DNA of 64,000 nucleotides from the human T2T-CHM13v2.0 reference genome, Homo sapiens: NCBI RefSeq assembly GCF_009914755.1, contig NC_060933.1; one strand, 5' to 3'. This document shows, piece by piece, positions 61,005-64,000 of this stretch. The notes under the pieces are model-generated. The model saw only the letters and a program-made list of their open reading frames with translations, searched no databases and was not told the origin of the DNA. A program made the translations under genes and the position numbers. Numbering within the stretch: the stretch's first letter is position 1; each line of letters begins with the position of its first letter.

Positions 61005-62830
61005 TTTAAAAAACCATTAAAATATAATTTACATCTCATGTAATTCATCCATTTGAAGTGTACAATTCAATGGCTTTTATTATATTTACAGAGTTTTGTA
61101 AACATTACTACAACGAATTTGAGAACATTTCATTACCCCCGAAGGAAACCCCATGCCCATAAGATGTCACTGCCTGTTTCACCCTTCCTGACCACCCCCT
61201 GCTTCTTACTTGCCCTATCCTAGACAACCACTAATCTCCCTTCTATCTCTACATACAGCCTTTTGTGGCTGTTTTTTTTCTCTTACCATAATGTTTTCAA
61301 GGTTCATCCATGTTGTAGCATGTATCAGTACTTCCTTTATTTTTATGGCTGAATAATATCCTGTTGTGTGGTTATATTGTATTTTGTTTATTTATTCGTC
61401 AGTTGATGGGCATTGGGTTGTTCTGGGCATTCTGCTCATATAAATGAGATCATATAACATGAGGCCTTTTGTGGCTTTTTTTTTCTCTTAGCATAATGTT
61501 TTCAAGGTTCATCCATGTTGTAGCATGTGTCAGTACTTTATTTATTTTTATGGCTGAATAATATCCCATTTTATGGTTATACTGTATTTTGTTTATTCAT
61601 CAGTTGATGGACATTGGGTTGTTTCCACTTTTTGGCCATTGTAAATAATGCTGTTCTGAAAATTCATTTACAAGATTTTGTGTGGACATATGTGTTCTTT
61701 TTTCTTAAGTAGATAACTAGGAATAGAATTGCTACATCACATGGTAATTCTATGTTTACCTATTTAAGAAATTGATAGAATGTTTTCCAAAGGGACTGAA
61801 CTACTTTACATTACCACGAGCAGTGTACAAGGGTTCCAATTTCTTCACATATTCGGCAACACTTGTTATTGTCCATCTTTTGATGATAGCTTTTGCATCA
61901 TGTGTAAGGTGGTATCTCATGGTTTTGATTTGCATTCCATCATGTCTCATGAAATTGAGCATATTTTCCTGTATTGGCCATTTGTTTATCATCTTTGGAG
62001 AAAGGTGTATTCAGATCCTTTGCCTATTTTAAAACCTTTTTTTTGGGTAAATTATTGGGTTTTAAGAGTTCTTTATATAGTCTGGGTACAAATCTCTTAT
62101 TAGCTATATGGTTTGCAAATATTCTTTCCCATTCTGTACATTGTCCTTTCACTTTCTTTATGGTATCTTTTGACGGACAAGCATTTTTACGTTGATGAAA
62201 TTCATTTTTCCTTTTGTGGCTTGTACTTTTGTTGTCATGTCTAAGAGCTTAGTCTACCCCAATGTTACAAAGACTTAATCCTATATTTTCTTTAAGAGTG
62301 TTATAGTTTTAGCTCGTACATTTAGTTCTAAAATCCATTTTGAGTTAATTTTTACATGTTGTATGAGAAAGGGGTCCAACTTGATTCTTTTGCATGTGGA
62401 TATACAGTTGTTGAATTCCAGCACTATCCCTCCGAGAGACTCTTCTTTCCTTATTGTTTTTTTCTGGGGATCCTTGTCAAAAACCAATTGATTATAAATA
62501 TAAGTACTCATTTCTGGACTCTGAATTCTATTTCATTGATTTGTCTTTCTAATCTTATGCCAGTACCATACAGTTTTGATTACTTTAGCTTTGTGGTAAA
62601 TTTGGAAGTGAGAAGTTTGAGTCTTCAAACTTTGTTTTTCTTTTTCAGGATTATTTAGGGTATTTAGGGTTCCTTGCTTTTACACATGCGTTTATGATCA
62701 GCCTCTCAATTTTTGCAAAGAAGCCAGCTGGAATTTTGATAAAGATTGCATTTAATTTCAAGATCAATTTGGGAAATAATGATGTCTTAACAATGTTATG
62801 TCTTCTAATCCATGAATGTATTTCTTTTCA
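61005..62830 (-). mobile_element. L1MB-type element (3'UTR plus ORF2 C-terminus) with an internal ~165-nt duplication
   Basis: ORFs 61801..61992(-) (MQIKTMRYHLT) and 62281..62511(-) (YNQLVFDK) are L1 ORF2-like. Confidence 0.85.
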
Positions 62831-63022
62831 CATTTTATTGTGTCATGCATAGAGATTGAAATGAGGACTTAGAGGGAAATTTTTGTCCATTGGCTCCTTT
62901 ATAGTACACTGACTTCAGTTACTTCTTATTGGAGTAACCTAATTGAATGTTTCATTATGTGAAATTTTATTGTTTACATACCTTAAGTGTTGGCTGTTCA
63001 TTAGAACTTTACATTTCTTTGA

Positions 63023-63330
<308 letters not shown>

Positions 63331-63612
63331 AGGCAGGGTGTATCTTAACTACTATTGTATTTCTCAGAAGTGATGTTATAGTTATTCAATAAAAGCACTT
63401 TTCGATTGGTGTTTGGCAGCTAATTATAAGTGGTAGAATACTAGTGACACTATGAAATTATCATTAGCAAGTAATAGCTAACTGATATATTCTAAGTCTT
63501 CCAATTCATTCATATTCATATTATTCCTCTGGAAAAAAAGAGATAAATATTCCATTATATATTACTTTTTTGTAACAAGGCATATTTAATATATTTTAAA
63601 AATTCATTTTAG

Positions 63613-63717
63613 GTGCCAAATCTGATTCCAGTTTTGATGTTCAAATTGGGAAGACCACTGGAACCTATATTATATAATGATATATTGTATACTTTACCTA
63701 AGCTTGGTGTTCACAAG
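63613..63717 (+). CDS. FOCAD: FOCAD coding exon (105 nt, phase 0/0): VPNLIPVLMFKLGRPLEPILYNDILYTLPKLGVHK
   Basis: Acceptor cattttag|GTG and donor AAG|gttagt. Open 35-codon frame in phase with the exon ending at 33410. Too short for the ORF track. Confidence 0.92.
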
Positions 63718-64000
63718 GTTAGTATGTTAATTAATTTAGTTGGCGAAAAAAGTGAGTCATGAATAATACTTTGAATTCTTTTTGGTATTATGAAATTTTA
63801 AGCCCTAAATTTTGCCATAGTCACTACTTCTCTTGTTGAGCTAGGAGGTAATATCTAAAGACAAAAGTATTTATTACAATATTTAATAATTAATTGTTTT
63901 AAATTACTTAGTATCTAAGTTTTCACTTTGGCTATTCTCTGAGATTAGGTCCTTATGTCCCCAGGATTGTTATCTAGCCCCTCCAACGCTATTTTTCATC

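Overview
This is primate genomic DNA, almost certainly human: it is about 36% GC by eye, dense in Alu/L1/L2/MIR/LTR/DNA-transposon repeats, and carries a human-lineage AluYd8. The window lies inside the FOCAD (focadhesin/KIAA1797, 9p21.3) gene on the + strand. Seven GT-AG coding exons (102, 205, 207, 88, 203, 258 and 105 nt; 1168 nt total) splice into one open frame, NHPHPLITVLEHR...LPKLGVHK. A ~30.2 kb intron (33411-63612) fills the second half. An intact sense-strand box H/ACA snoRNA of the SNORA30/37 family (SNORA30B) sits at ~30729-30857 and shows retroposition signs. Nearly all ORFs in the supplied track are L1 fragments, Alu-derived frames or exon read-through. I found no prokaryote-type system such as a CRISPR array or operon. 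The best leads are: (1) a candidate in-frame 6-nt microexon with near-ideal splice signals deep in the long intron; (2) an AluY and a 5.4 kb L1 inserted tail-to-tail at the same target site, leaving three copies of one TSD; (3) a snoRNA retrogene with an intact 28S guide and an apparent captured host-intron 3' end; (4) a human-specific AluYd8 that creates competing inverted-Alu pairings around an 88-nt exon; (5) a twin-primed L1 whose inverted arm can pair with a second L1 across a 205-nt exon. Repeat subfamily names come from recalled consensus diagnostics, not from a search.
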